From: a virus
Direction: 5' to 3' (one strand)
IMG/VR virus record: IMGVR_UViG_3300025875_000045
Length of the DNA: 48,775 nt
Below, piece by piece: positions 31,909 to 40,458 of this stretch. The position numbers and the translations under genes were made by a program. The notes below the pieces were generated by a model. The model worked only from the letters and a program-made list of their open reading frames with translations, did no database searches and was not told the origin of the DNA. Positions within the stretch are counted from its first letter, which is position 1. Every line of letters begins with the position of its first letter.

Positions 31909-33727
31909 ATTGGTTATAGTTTTCTATTGGCACAGGCGGGTCAAATGCTTCACTAACTGTAGGAATATGGTCTGTTAGTTTAAATCCAGCCACTTCCTCT
32001 AAAAACTCTTTTTCTTTTTTCTTTTGATCATAGTTCAGAGGATATAAATTAGGCTCTGTACCTCTTGCATAATATCTACCACTTGGCATGTGATAATCGT
32101 ATTCTATAAATCCGCCTATTTCCCCCTGAAACTTCATTTTAGTTTTAAGGTTTTTAAATATCGTTCTGGCATCATCCCCAAAATACCTGTAAACACAAAA
32201 CCCATCATGCGTTTGGTTTCTAAAGTCAGCAGATCCACTAACAGAATACAAATCAGGTATTTTGTAAGCACCATCATCTTGCATTTGCATTTTCGTAGGA
32301 TGTGCAACTAAAAATATGATTACATTGTTCTGCTGTGCAAAGTCAGTTAGCTTTGTTAATACGTTTCCTATTCTTTCCCGTTCAGTTCTATTGCCTGTAT
32401 GTTCTACTTTATTGTAGGCATCTATAACGAAAATATCAATTCCAAAATTAAACATTTGCTCTTTAAACTTATCTATAAGCCATTCCCATGTTGCGCTGTT
32501 TCCATTGTCAGGGCTTGTAAGGTAAATCTTTTCATTAGCCCATTCGGTATATTGTGCAACCTCTACTTTGCTAATTCTTGGCGTATCTCCTACCTGATTA
32601 AAAAAGTTTTTACCGTGAAACTTTTCTATAAATGTAGATTTATGCAATTCCATTGGCGAATGTTCAGGGCTGAAAAAACTGGCTTTCATTCCGTAATCAT
32701 TAATCAGGTTCATAACATACCATTCAGTAAAGTTAGACTTGCCGTGCGAAGGTATGCCTGTTACCGTTACCAAATGTCCCCTCATTACAGAAAAAATCTC
32801 TTTATGGTTTTCCCCAAATGATGGATGCTTAGGGTATATTACAGGGGGCAAACCGCTATCGTACAATTCCATTATTTTATCGTGAAGGTCGTTAGCCTTA
32901 AATGTTCCTGAAACTGGATATTTAGATGTATTGTAGATGGTGTCTTTTAAATCCCCGCTTACCAAATCCTCATTGGCATCTTTGCCTTTAAACTGTATTC
33001 TCTCACACCTGTACCTTCCTAGTCTTTGGGCTATCTTATCTGCAAGCTCATTGCCTTTTGCATCATTATCTGTACCTATATAGAATTTTTGTGCATCTTT
33101 CAAATATGGCTCTGAATTAATCCAATAAGCATCATTATCATTTGCACCATTAGGAACGCTTATAACTGCTTTAAATCCCTCCTGATGCAATGTTAAACAG
33201 TCTATCTCTCCTTCAACAATATAAACATCTTTTTGCCCTATCGCCGAATTGATGTTATAAAAAATACTTTTAGTGTCTTTTGACTGCATGAAGTTTTTAG
33301 TAGCCGATCTATATTTCTTATTAACCAATACTTCGCCCTCAAAGAAATTAAATACTATGTTGTTTACATTCTTCTTTAGGCTTGGTTGGTAAAACATTTC
33401 CTCTGATATTTCAAAGTCAGTAAGTGTAAATTGTTTTATACCACGCCCCTCAAACCACTTAACAACCTTATCCGATAACTGTGTGTAGTTTTTCCAATCC
33501 TGCGTAGGTAATTTATAATGCTGCTCTTTTGTGTTTTTCTCTACACTATCCCTAAAGCTCAATCCCTCGCAATGGAAACACTTTGCCACGCCACTATCAT
33601 ATCTAACGTAAAGCGGTCTATCTGCTTTGTTACGCCTTGCATCGTTGCATTCAGGACATTTAAGTTTAGCTGTTCCTGATAACCTTTCGCTTTTATGCTC
33701 TATTAAAGCCCAATCAAAGATTTTCAT
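31889..33727 (-). CDS. Bifunctional DNA primase/helicase, T7 gp4-like (612 aa)
   Basis: Zn finger CPECN...CFHC, Toprim VYIVEGEIDCLTL and DNDAKG, Walker A GIPSHGKSNF, Walker B IFVIDAYN. Confidence 0.85.
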   Translation of the reverse strand: MKIFDWALIEHKSERLSGTAKLKCPECNDARRNKADRPLYVRYDSGVAKCFHCEGLSFRDSVEKNTKEQHYKLPTQDWKNYTQLSDKVVKWFEGRGIKQFTLTDFEISEEMFYQPSLKKNVNNIVFNFFEGEVLVNKKYRSATKNFMQSKDTKSIFYNINSAIGQKDVYIVEGEIDCLTLHQEGFKAVISVPNGANDNDAYWINSEPYLKDAQKFYIGTDNDAKGNELADKIAQRLGRYRCERIQFKGKDANEDLVSGDLKDTIYNTSKYPVSGTFKANDLHDKIMELYDSGLPPVIYPKHPSFGENHKEIFSVMRGHLVTVTGIPSHGKSNFTEWYVMNLINDYGMKASFFSPEHSPMELHKSTFIEKFHGKNFFNQVGDTPRISKVEVAQYTEWANEKIYLTSPDNGNSATWEWLIDKFKEQMFNFGIDIFVIDAYNKVEHTGNRTERERIGNVLTKLTDFAQQNNVIIFLVAHPTKMQMQDDGAYKIPDLYSVSGSADFRNQTHDGFCVYRYFGDDARTIFKNLKTKMKFQGEIGGFIEYDYHMPSGRYYARGTEPNLYPLNYDQKKKEKEFLEEVAGFKLTDHIPTVSEAFDPPVPIENYNQFDEVPF

Positions 33728-34341
33728 TATGCAGGAGATGGATTAGATAAACTATACTGTGATTTGCTCCCTATTGTTTTTTCATTTTCAGGTTTAAACC
33801 AAACCCCCTGCATTTTCTGTTTCCAATTTTTTACTTTACTACCCTTACTGTCTGTCCATGCTGCCGTGTCGTAGTATTTGTATGCTCTTTCGGCTGATTG
33901 TTTACTATAACCGTTTTCTTCAAAATATGCTAAAACCTCAAAAAGTGTGGGTGGCGTGAAACGCACTACCTTTTTCTTATTTACATTATCACTTACACTT
34001 ACACTTACATTATCATTTACAGTTGAATTTCGTGTACGAGTTTCAACGGTCGTTGAACGTTCGTTAGAATTCGTTGTATTGTTTTTACGAGATTCAGCAC
34101 TCCTTAATCCTGCTTCTTTTCGTTGCTGTAATTGGGTGTCCCATTTTTCTAAATCACGCTTTAGTGTTGACTTTATTTGAGCAAAAACGGCCCTTATAAG
34201 TGAATTGTCTGTTTCAGGGTTTTCATCATTTACATAAGAAAAGATATGTTTAATTAGCTTTCCTGCATCCTCATCTGTAAGTTCTTTAAATGTATCTCTC
34301 CAGTCAGAATATACAACAAATGATTTTTTATTCTCTGCCAT
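33727..34341 (-). CDS. Putative replication initiation/replisome organiser protein (204 aa)
   Basis: N-terminal FVVYSDWRDTFKELTDEDAGKLIKHIF domain and C-terminal YFEENGYS...YKYYDTAAWTDSKGSKVKNWKQK domain. It lies directly upstream of the primase-helicase. Confidence 0.5.
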   Translation of the reverse strand: MAENKKSFVVYSDWRDTFKELTDEDAGKLIKHIFSYVNDENPETDNSLIRAVFAQIKSTLKRDLEKWDTQLQQRKEAGLRSAESRKNNTTNSNERSTTVETRTRNSTVNDNVSVSVSDNVNKKKVVRFTPPTLFEVLAYFEENGYSKQSAERAYKYYDTAAWTDSKGSKVKNWKQKMQGVWFKPENEKTIGSKSQYSLSNPSPA

Positions 34342-34376
34342 TGGTTAATTTTGTTTACAGTTTTTAGCCAAAAAAA

Positions 34377-34529
34377 TTAGTCTTTAATAAGAATACCACC
34401 GTTTACTAAAACAGTACTTATCTTACCTTCTTTTATTAATCTATTTACCCAAGCCTTGCTTTTCTTTATCTTATCAGCATAAGCAGTTTGGGTGTATAAG
34501 TCTTGCCTTATTTCTTTCTTAGTTGACAT
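34377..34529 (-). CDS. Small HTH-like DNA-binding protein (50 aa)
   Basis: MSTKKEIRQDLYTQTAYADKIKKSKAWVNRLIKEGKISTVLVNGGILIKD. It falls below the ORF-track cutoff. Confidence 0.4.
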   Translation of the reverse strand: MSTKKEIRQDLYTQTAYADKIKKSKAWVNRLIKEGKISTVLVNGGILIKD

Positions 34530-34548
34530 TGTTTACATTTTATTTCTT

Positions 34549-34569
34549 CAAAAACCCCAAACGGGGCTT
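34549..34569 (-). terminator. Candidate intrinsic terminator
   Basis: Minus strand: agcccc-gttt-ggggtt followed by ttttt. Confidence 0.4.
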
Positions 34570-34592
34570 TATCGAGTTGCTAATATACGGAA

Positions 34593-34955
34593 TTAAATTG
34601 ATTTGTCGCTTCTTTCATAAGGACTTATTTTGTGTTGTTCGCAAAAAGATATTAAAGCTTGTTCACAAGTATTTTTGTTAATTGAGCATTTTATGAAATA
34701 ATACTTTCCGTTTATTGTTTTCTCTGCGGTGTATCGGTTTTTGGTTATTGAATAACTAATGCCTACCATCCTGCTATTTGAGTTATTATAATCAATGCCA
34801 GCAATGTTTTGGCAAAGTGTATCAATTACTTTTTTATAAGGATTGTCTTGTGGATCTACCGAATTTAGTAAATTTATTAAAGGGGCGTATGGTTCTTTTG
34901 TTATGAGATTCATTTCATCATCGTTTAATTGGGATAGTGCGCTTTCTAGGATCAT
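34593..34955 (-). CDS. Hypothetical protein (120 aa), possible AP2-like DNA-binding C-terminus
   Basis: VGISYSITKNRYTAEKTINGKYYFIKCSINKNTCEQA. The call is weak. Confidence 0.4.
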   Translation of the reverse strand: MILESALSQLNDDEMNLITKEPYAPLINLLNSVDPQDNPYKKVIDTLCQNIAGIDYNNSNSRMVGISYSITKNRYTAEKTINGKYYFIKCSINKNTCEQALISFCEQHKISPYERSDKSI

Positions 34956-35308
34956 ATTACAGTTACTACTACGTTATCTTTTATCTTAATGCTAAATTCT
35001 TTGGCAGGATATGAACCATTGCCACCTAATTGTGATATTAAAAGCATAACATCATCAGTTAATATCTCTTTCTTTAACTGCTCAATATCCATCTTCTTTA
35101 CTCTTTCAATGTACCTTACTATAGCATGGTCTGAAACAATTATGCCTTTTTCGTTTATACCATCTATGGAGTTTTGAAGTTCCCTAATAAGGTTAAGTGA
35201 ATTTTGATACTCACGCTGTTTATGTCCTGCTTCAATTTTTAATATTGATGCCTTGTCAACTTCTTTTTTTAGGCGTTGTTGTAGCTCCTTTAGGTTTTTG
35301 TTTATCAT
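34952..35308 (-). CDS. Hypothetical protein (118 aa)
   Basis: Coiled-coil N-terminus. ATGA overlaps on both sides. Confidence 0.55.
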   Translation of the reverse strand: MINKNLKELQQRLKKEVDKASILKIEAGHKQREYQNSLNLIRELQNSIDGINEKGIIVSDHAIVRYIERVKKMDIEQLKKEILTDDVMLLISQLGGNGSYPAKEFSIKIKDNVVVTVI

Positions 35309-36033
35309 TCGCTTAATTCTTTAGGGTATGGTGTGTCAATTTTATATCTCAATGTAGTATCATTATTAATCATGCCGCATATTTGCTTTCTAGCTTTATC
35401 ATAATTATATCCCTTATCTAAACATGCCTTCTTTAAAGAATCCCACTCCTCTAAGGTTTCAACATCAATTATATCCCTTCCTTTATTCATCTTTCCCATC
35501 ATACTTGCATGTTGTATATTCTCACTTCCCGTTACCCACTCCAAGTTTGATAAATAACTATTCATAGGATTTCCGTCTATATGGTTTACTTGTGGTTTCA
35601 TATAAGGATTTGATAAATAGGAAATTGCAACCAATCTGTGTACTAAAAAGCTTTTTCTTAGTCCATTTTTACATAATATTACAGTAGGATAGCCTCTATG
35701 ATTTACTCTTTGTTTAATTATCCTTTCTTCTTGAATTACATTTTTAGCTACGCCTTTATCTATTACCCTTAATAGACTTTTAACCCTCCCTTTGTTTGAT
35801 ACTAAATAAGAATTCTCATACTCAGGAATTTCTATCCAGAATTCTTCAGTATCAGTTTTACTAATTTTAGAAATAAGTTCGTCACACATCTTTTTAGCGT
35901 ATAGTGTCATTGCTTCGTTAATTAACTTTTCTCTTTCTGTGTAGCCTATATGCTCGGTGTATGAATCATACCAATCATCATACCCATGCCTTATAGCCAC
36001 TTCATCTTTACATTGTTCTAATAGTGTTTTCAT
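35305..36033 (-). CDS. HNH homing endonuclease with NUMOD4-like motif (242 aa)
   Basis: WIEIPEYENSYLVSNKGRVKS (NUMOD4-like) and VNHIDGNPMNSYLSNLEWVTGSENIQHA (HNH_3-like). Confidence 0.8.
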   Translation of the reverse strand: MKTLLEQCKDEVAIRHGYDDWYDSYTEHIGYTEREKLINEAMTLYAKKMCDELISKISKTDTEEFWIEIPEYENSYLVSNKGRVKSLLRVIDKGVAKNVIQEERIIKQRVNHRGYPTVILCKNGLRKSFLVHRLVAISYLSNPYMKPQVNHIDGNPMNSYLSNLEWVTGSENIQHASMMGKMNKGRDIIDVETLEEWDSLKKACLDKGYNYDKARKQICGMINNDTTLRYKIDTPYPKELSE

Positions 36034-36554
36034 ATCTCTATATCTTTACAAAGTGAATCGGGTACGTTGGGTAGGAAATGTAGGCTGTGGAGTCTGTTGA
36101 ATAAACTATATTGGTCGCATTTTCCTTTAAAAGTTGATTCAAAATCTGTTAAGAAAGAATTGTGATTAAGGTTGTATGTTAAACTCCAAATAACTACTGT
36201 TTCTATTTCATTGTACAAGTTGCACCACACTTCCGAATCAAATCCGTATTCCTGTTCCGTTTCAAATTCACAGCCAAACGTTTCAAATAGACATGATTGT
36301 TTAGCCAACTCAACAATAGGCACAATACTCCTGCCCTCATGCGTTATTGTTTCTGTAAGTTGGTTGAGTGGTCTACGTAGGATAAACCAATTATTGCTTA
36401 TTTCTTCATATTTTAGGAGTGCAGGAGAATATTTAGGTGCTACGATTTTTAAACCATACTCATTTACACCTGAAATTGAAACGCTAAAACCTGTTTTATC
36501 CACCAATTTAAAGTTATTCGCCCACAAAATTGCGGCTGTGTTTTTGCTTATCAT
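36030..36554 (-). CDS. Hypothetical protein (174 aa)
   Basis: ORF in the operon. Confidence 0.55.
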   Translation of the reverse strand: MISKNTAAILWANNFKLVDKTGFSVSISGVNEYGLKIVAPKYSPALLKYEEISNNWFILRRPLNQLTETITHEGRSIVPIVELAKQSCLFETFGCEFETEQEYGFDSEVWCNLYNEIETVVIWSLTYNLNHNSFLTDFESTFKGKCDQYSLFNRLHSLHFLPNVPDSLCKDIEI

Positions 36555-36775
36555 TGTTTTATAGTGTTTCTTTCATCATCAAAAACTTTATCGAATTGTA
36601 TTTTAAGATACTTGGCAGTTTCTTTTATCTTTTGCCTTAGCTCTTTGCTATCTCCTTTGCCGAAGTTAAAATCTCCAAAATCATAACCCATTCCAAATTC
36701 TATATCTTCCCATCTTTGATTGTAATCTATCCTTCTTAGGAAAGAGAATACTACTTCTTTGTCGTTTGCGTACAT
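36551..36775 (-). CDS. Hypothetical protein (74 aa)
   Basis: ORF in the operon. Confidence 0.5.
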   Translation of the reverse strand: MYANDKEVVFSFLRRIDYNQRWEDIEFGMGYDFGDFNFGKGDSKELRQKIKETAKYLKIQFDKVFDDERNTIKQ

Positions 36776-36779
36776 AGTT

Positions 36780-37076
36780 TTATTGTTTTAGTTTTTGGAT
36801 TGTTTCTGTAATTATTGATAAGGCATTCGCTGGTAAGTTAAATGCACTTTGCTGCATATTTTTATCATCTACGGTCATGTTATCCCACATCCATTGTATA
36901 GTGTCCTTTGATTCATCTAAAGCCTTTAAAGCCTCCTGTAGTTGTTCTTTGTGTTGTTCTAAAGCCCAGTTTGCTCCTGATGTAAAGTCATCAATGCAGT
37001 TTTGTTTATCTTCGTTATGGATAATATGGTGATTTTTAGCATAAGCCTCTGCCGCCTCTTGTATTTTGTCTTTCAT
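36780..37076 (-). CDS. Hypothetical protein (98 aa)
   Basis: ORF in the operon. Confidence 0.5.
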   Translation of the reverse strand: MKDKIQEAAEAYAKNHHIIHNEDKQNCIDDFTSGANWALEQHKEQLQEALKALDESKDTIQWMWDNMTVDDKNMQQSAFNLPANALSIITETIQKLKQ

Positions 37077-37087
37077 AATTTTAGGTT

Positions 37088-37495
37088 TTAGTAAAGCGGG
37101 GGTTGTGGTTTAACTATTGGCAGGTAGTGTGAAATTTTTGCAACCCAAACAGCTTTATTCCAAGCGTCACAATTATCAAATGTAAACTCGGACGTGTCCT
37201 GACCGCCATAATTTACTACCCAATACCTACAGTTTTCTTTAGGCAAATCATATTCACTCTCGATTTTAATCCAGCCGTTGTTATTAGAGATACTATTTAA
37301 GGATTTGGGTCTTATGATTTCATTGTCGCAATAATCAACTGATTTTTCTTTTTTGAAATCCCCAAAAGTTAAATAATGCTTTTCATCACTGTTATCTAAA
37401 TATCCCTCTTTGTCTATTAAATGGCTAACCTCATTCCACTTTTCCTCTCCAATTTCAGCTATCCACGCTTCCTTGATTTTTTCCACTTTAGTCAT
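37088..37495 (-). CDS. Hypothetical protein (135 aa) with a DUF551-like C-terminus
   Basis: NGWIKIESEYDLPKE...ISHYLPIVKPQPP parallels the 26326..26601 protein. Confidence 0.5.
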   Translation of the reverse strand: MTKVEKIKEAWIAEIGEEKWNEVSHLIDKEGYLDNSDEKHYLTFGDFKKEKSVDYCDNEIIRPKSLNSISNNNGWIKIESEYDLPKENCRYWVVNYGGQDTSEFTFDNCDAWNKAVWVAKISHYLPIVKPQPPLY

Positions 37496-37926
37496 ATCTT
37501 TTCAAGTATTAATAATTTTTCAATTACGTTTTGTTGGGCGGCTTGCCATTCAGACATAGCCGAACCGTATAGCTCCCGATAAAACCCTTTACCGTTATAT
37601 GGCTCATCATAAAATTCAGGGTCTATAGTAGAAGGGAACTTTAAAGGATTCTCAAACAATATGTTTTTAGAGGTTAGCAGGCTGCGGAATTGAGCATCGG
37701 TATATCCGTAGATGGTTGTATAAAAATCAATATCATCATTACTGCAAGTGCCTACAATTTTGTAGTTTCCTACAGCAATGGTCTGTATTTTTGGTAACGA
37801 AGGAAAAACACTATCAGGAACTAAATAAAAAATACCAAAAGGTAAAGTCTCTTTATCGTAAAATTCAAACGAATGTGCATCCAAAGGCACGCTTACACCC
37901 CAAAGTTTATCGGTAAGTTGTATCAT
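37492..37926 (-). CDS. Hypothetical protein (144 aa)
   Basis: ORF in the operon. Confidence 0.55.
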   Translation of the reverse strand: MIQLTDKLWGVSVPLDAHSFEFYDKETLPFGIFYLVPDSVFPSLPKIQTIAVGNYKIVGTCSNDDIDFYTTIYGYTDAQFRSLLTSKNILFENPLKFPSTIDPEFYDEPYNGKGFYRELYGSAMSEWQAAQQNVIEKLLILEKI

Positions 37927-37930
37927 AATC

Positions 37931-38152
37931 TTATTTGTTTAATTGCTGTTTCCTGATTATTACAAATCCAAATGCCACCGCACCGATTAAAGCCCAACCT
38001 GCGTATGGTATTGGGGCTGTATCATCATCATTACCACCTCCATTGTCGTGTTCTTCTCCTTTGTCTTTATCATGACCCCAAGCTGGTGCATGGTCGGGTG
38101 GCGTTGCGTAGGTCGTGAATGATAGTAGGAGTAGTGCTATTGTTGTTTTCAT
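37931..38152 (-). CDS. Small exported protein (73 aa) with signal peptide and C-terminal membrane anchor
   Basis: MKTTIALLLLSFTTYA signal peptide, acidic/Gly-rich middle, C-terminal PIPYAGWALIGAVAFGFVIIRKQQ. Start moved to the ATG just after the upstream stop. Confidence 0.5.
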   Translation of the reverse strand: MKTTIALLLLSFTTYATPPDHAPAWGHDKDKGEEHDNGGGNDDDTAPIPYAGWALIGAVAFGFVIIRKQQLNK

Positions 38153-38153
38153 G

Positions 38154-38360
38154 TTATACAAAGTGGTTTTTACATAGTTTATAAAGCAGATTGCTTACTA
38201 TTTTTTCGTTTGCAGGTGTAGATGTGTAATTTTTTAATATATTATTTATAGCTAAACACATAAATATTCCTGTTTTTGCAGAAACGTGCATGCTAAGAAC
38301 ATCTACTTGCTGCTGTGGCAGGTATTCTCTTAAATTCGCTAGAATTGTTGTAGTTTCCAT
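38154..38360 (-). CDS. Hypothetical protein (68 aa)
   Basis: ORF in the operon. Confidence 0.5.
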   Translation of the reverse strand: METTTILANLREYLPQQQVDVLSMHVSAKTGIFMCLAINNILKNYTSTPANEKIVSNLLYKLCKNHFV

Positions 38361-38395
38361 AATTAACTATTTTCAGCTACTTTTTCGTAGGCTCG

Positions 38396-38482
38396 TTATG
38401 TTTGTTCGTTGCTACCTAAATCGATATTCATCTTTCGACACCATTCGTAAAAGGCATCTAACTTTTGCTGTGTGGTTTTCAT
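38396..38482 (-). CDS. Possible 28-aa peptide
   Basis: MKTTQQKLDAFYEWCRKMNIDLGSNEQT. The ATG directly follows the upstream stop. Confidence 0.2.
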   Translation of the reverse strand: MKTTQQKLDAFYEWCRKMNIDLGSNEQT

Positions 38483-38770
38483 TTATTCTGTTGCTTTTTT
38501 GATTGCTTCTTGTGCTTGGTATATTTCTGTTGAACGAGTGTACCCATGAAATTTAAGTAATTCTAATAGTTCATTACACGCTAAAAGCAAATCAGGTGCA
38601 GCCGCAATTAGTTTAGCATTTGCTCTGCCCTCATTTATACTAGGGTCGTTTTCAAAGTCAGTAAAATGCTTAACTTCCGCTATCCTTGTATCGCCACACA
38701 TAATCGTAGTTTCAAAATGTGAAAAATCGTCAGCTATAGACCACTCCCCTTTTGTAAATTCTGTTTTCAT
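38483..38770 (-). CDS. Hypothetical protein (95 aa)
   Basis: ORF in the operon. Confidence 0.55.
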   Translation of the reverse strand: MKTEFTKGEWSIADDFSHFETTIMCGDTRIAEVKHFTDFENDPSINEGRANAKLIAAAPDLLLACNELLELLKFHGYTRSTEIYQAQEAIKKATE

Positions 38771-38778
38771 AATTATTG

Positions 38779-38982
38779 TTATTTGATTGTTTCTGTAAAC
38801 TCTACACTTAAAACCCTATAAGAAGTGCCATAAATATCACTTATAGCCCTATAGTGATTGTTAACTTTTATTTCGGCATCTATTTCTGTTTCTGCAACAA
38901 CTTTATGTAGCTTATAAAAAGGCTTCCATTCGCTGTTATGGTATTTTGTTTCTTCTAATTGAACTATACATAGGTGTTTCAT
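38779..38982 (-). CDS. Hypothetical protein (67 aa), first gene of the minus-strand early operon
   Basis: ORF downstream of the divergent promoter region. Confidence 0.5.
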   Translation of the reverse strand: MKHLCIVQLEETKYHNSEWKPFYKLHKVVAETEIDAEIKVNNHYRAISDIYGTSYRVLSVEFTETIK

Positions 38983-39035
38983 AATTATTGTTGTTTGATT
39001 ATAGATGCAAAGTAATGGAAAAGATTTTTAACTTC

Positions 39036-39043
39036 CAAATATA
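39036..39043 (-). promoter_or_regulatory. Candidate -7 box of the leftward early promoter
   Basis: TATATTTG on the minus strand, about 54 nt upstream of the ATG at 38982. Confidence 0.4.
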
Positions 39044-39072
39044 TTTTTCTTTTTTATTTCAAATATAGTTTG

Positions 39073-39080
39073 TATGTTTG
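39073..39080 (+). promoter_or_regulatory. Candidate -7 box of the rightward early promoter
   Basis: TATGTTTG preceded by ttcaaatatagtt, the same architecture as the 60-bp repeat promoter. It lies 23 nt upstream of the ATG at 39104. Confidence 0.45.
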
Positions 39081-39103
39081 CAATGTAATTAAAACTAAAC
39101 AAA

Positions 39104-39337
39104 ATGAATATAGGAGAACAAATTTACAACACTATTGAAAAGCATTGCGGTAAAGACATTAAAGACATTGCTTTAAAAGGAGTTACTAAAGAATCATTGC
39201 TTAACCTAAAAAAAGGTAAAGCTAATCCCACTATAGGGCTAATTAAAAAGATATTTGATGCTAACGGCATACCTGCTGAATTAGTGTTGACTGTTAACGT
39301 GGATGGTAAAAAAGGTAAAACTAAAATTAAACTGTAA
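39104..39337 (+). CDS. HTH (XRE/Cro-like) transcriptional regulator (77 aa)
   Basis: IKDIALKGVTKESLLNLKKGKANPTIGLIKKIF helix-turn-helix pattern. It is the first gene of the rightward operon. Confidence 0.55.
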   Translation: MNIGEQIYNTIEKHCGKDIKDIALKGVTKESLLNLKKGKANPTIGLIKKIFDANGIPAELVLTVNVDGKKGKTKIKL

Positions 39338-39537
39338 TGGCAAACATGGAATATTACGTAAACAATGAAGATAATAATACAGAAATTGCAAGGCATTTAA
39401 ATGTTATTATTGGAACAAAAAAGTTCATAATATCTATTAATAATTTTGATGAACTTGTGATAAACAAACATGACATTGAAGATAGTTCTTCTTTGTCTAT
39501 AACGCCCTCTGTTAGTAACGAAATAATTATAAAGTAA
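39337..39537 (+). CDS. Hypothetical protein (66 aa)
   Basis: ORF with TAATG junctions. Confidence 0.5.
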   Translation: MANMEYYVNNEDNNTEIARHLNVIIGTKKFIISINNFDELVINKHDIEDSSSLSITPSVSNEIIIK

Positions 39538-39785
39538 TGAACTACCTATCAAGAGAACAATTTAACCACGAGGATTCATTAACCTATCCCGACAGGCTAT
39601 GGGTTGTAATGTATAACGACGATCAAAATTGGAGCAATCCAATTACCGATAAACACGAAGCAGAGCAGGAATACTGGCGTGCTAAAGACAGCGGGGAAAA
39701 CGTAGAGATAGGATATACATACGAGGGTAGATTTACTAGCAGGTGGAGTGATAATATAAATGAATTTAACTCTGTGAGATTATGA
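39537..39785 (+). CDS. Hypothetical protein (82 aa)
   Basis: ORF in the operon. Confidence 0.5.
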   Translation: MNYLSREQFNHEDSLTYPDRLWVVMYNDDQNWSNPITDKHEAEQEYWRAKDSGENVEIGYTYEGRFTSRWSDNINEFNSVRL

Positions 39786-39934
39786 GTACAACATTTAGAA
39801 TGTTTTGTATATGGGCTTGTGTAGTATTAACAATGGTATCACATGAAATGGTTGGATTTGAGAGAACAGCATTAACTATTTTAGTCCTAATATTTTGGCA
39901 GACAAACAAATTAAAAACAAATAATAAATTATGA
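39782..39934 (+). CDS. Small membrane protein (50 aa)
   Basis: MSTTFRMFCIWACVVLTMVSHEMVGFERTALTILVLIFWQTNKLKTNNKL. ATGA overlaps on both sides. Confidence 0.4.
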   Translation: MSTTFRMFCIWACVVLTMVSHEMVGFERTALTILVLIFWQTNKLKTNNKL

Positions 39935-40458
39935 AAGAACTAGCAGTAGCATTAGTTAAAGCACAAAGTAGAATGGGGAACCCAGTAAGGGGAAGTGTTA
40001 ACCCATTCTTTAAAAGCTCTTACGCATCCTTAAATGATGTTAGAGAAGCAGTATTACCAACCCTAAACGAGTTCGGGATAACTGTACTACAACCAATCGT
40101 GCATCACGAGGGTAAAAACTTCGTTAAAACCGTTCTACTGCATGAAAGCGGGGAAATGTTAGAAAGCCTTACGGAGATACTTTACAGTAAGCAGAATGAT
40201 GCACAGGCGCAAGGTAGCGGTATAAGTTACGCACGTAGATACGCATTACAGTCATTCGTCTGTGTTGGTGCAGATGATGATGATGGGCAAACAGCAGTTA
40301 AGCCAAATACATCAAAGGAAAAGCAAGTTACCAATGATGAAAAGTTAATAACATGCACCAATTTAGAGGAGCTTAAAAAGGTGTATTCATCACTTCCTAA
40401 AGATGAACAGGTAAGGTTACTAGGATTGAAAGACGAACTTAAAACGAAACTATCATAA
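39931..40458 (+). CDS. ERF-family single-strand annealing protein (175 aa)
   Basis: NPFFKSSYASLNDVREAVLPTLNEFGI ... GSGISYARRYALQSFVCVGADDDDG. Confidence 0.8.
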   Translation: MKELAVALVKAQSRMGNPVRGSVNPFFKSSYASLNDVREAVLPTLNEFGITVLQPIVHHEGKNFVKTVLLHESGEMLESLTEILYSKQNDAQAQGSGISYARRYALQSFVCVGADDDDGQTAVKPNTSKEKQVTNDEKLITCTNLEELKKVYSSLPKDEQVRLLGLKDELKTKLS

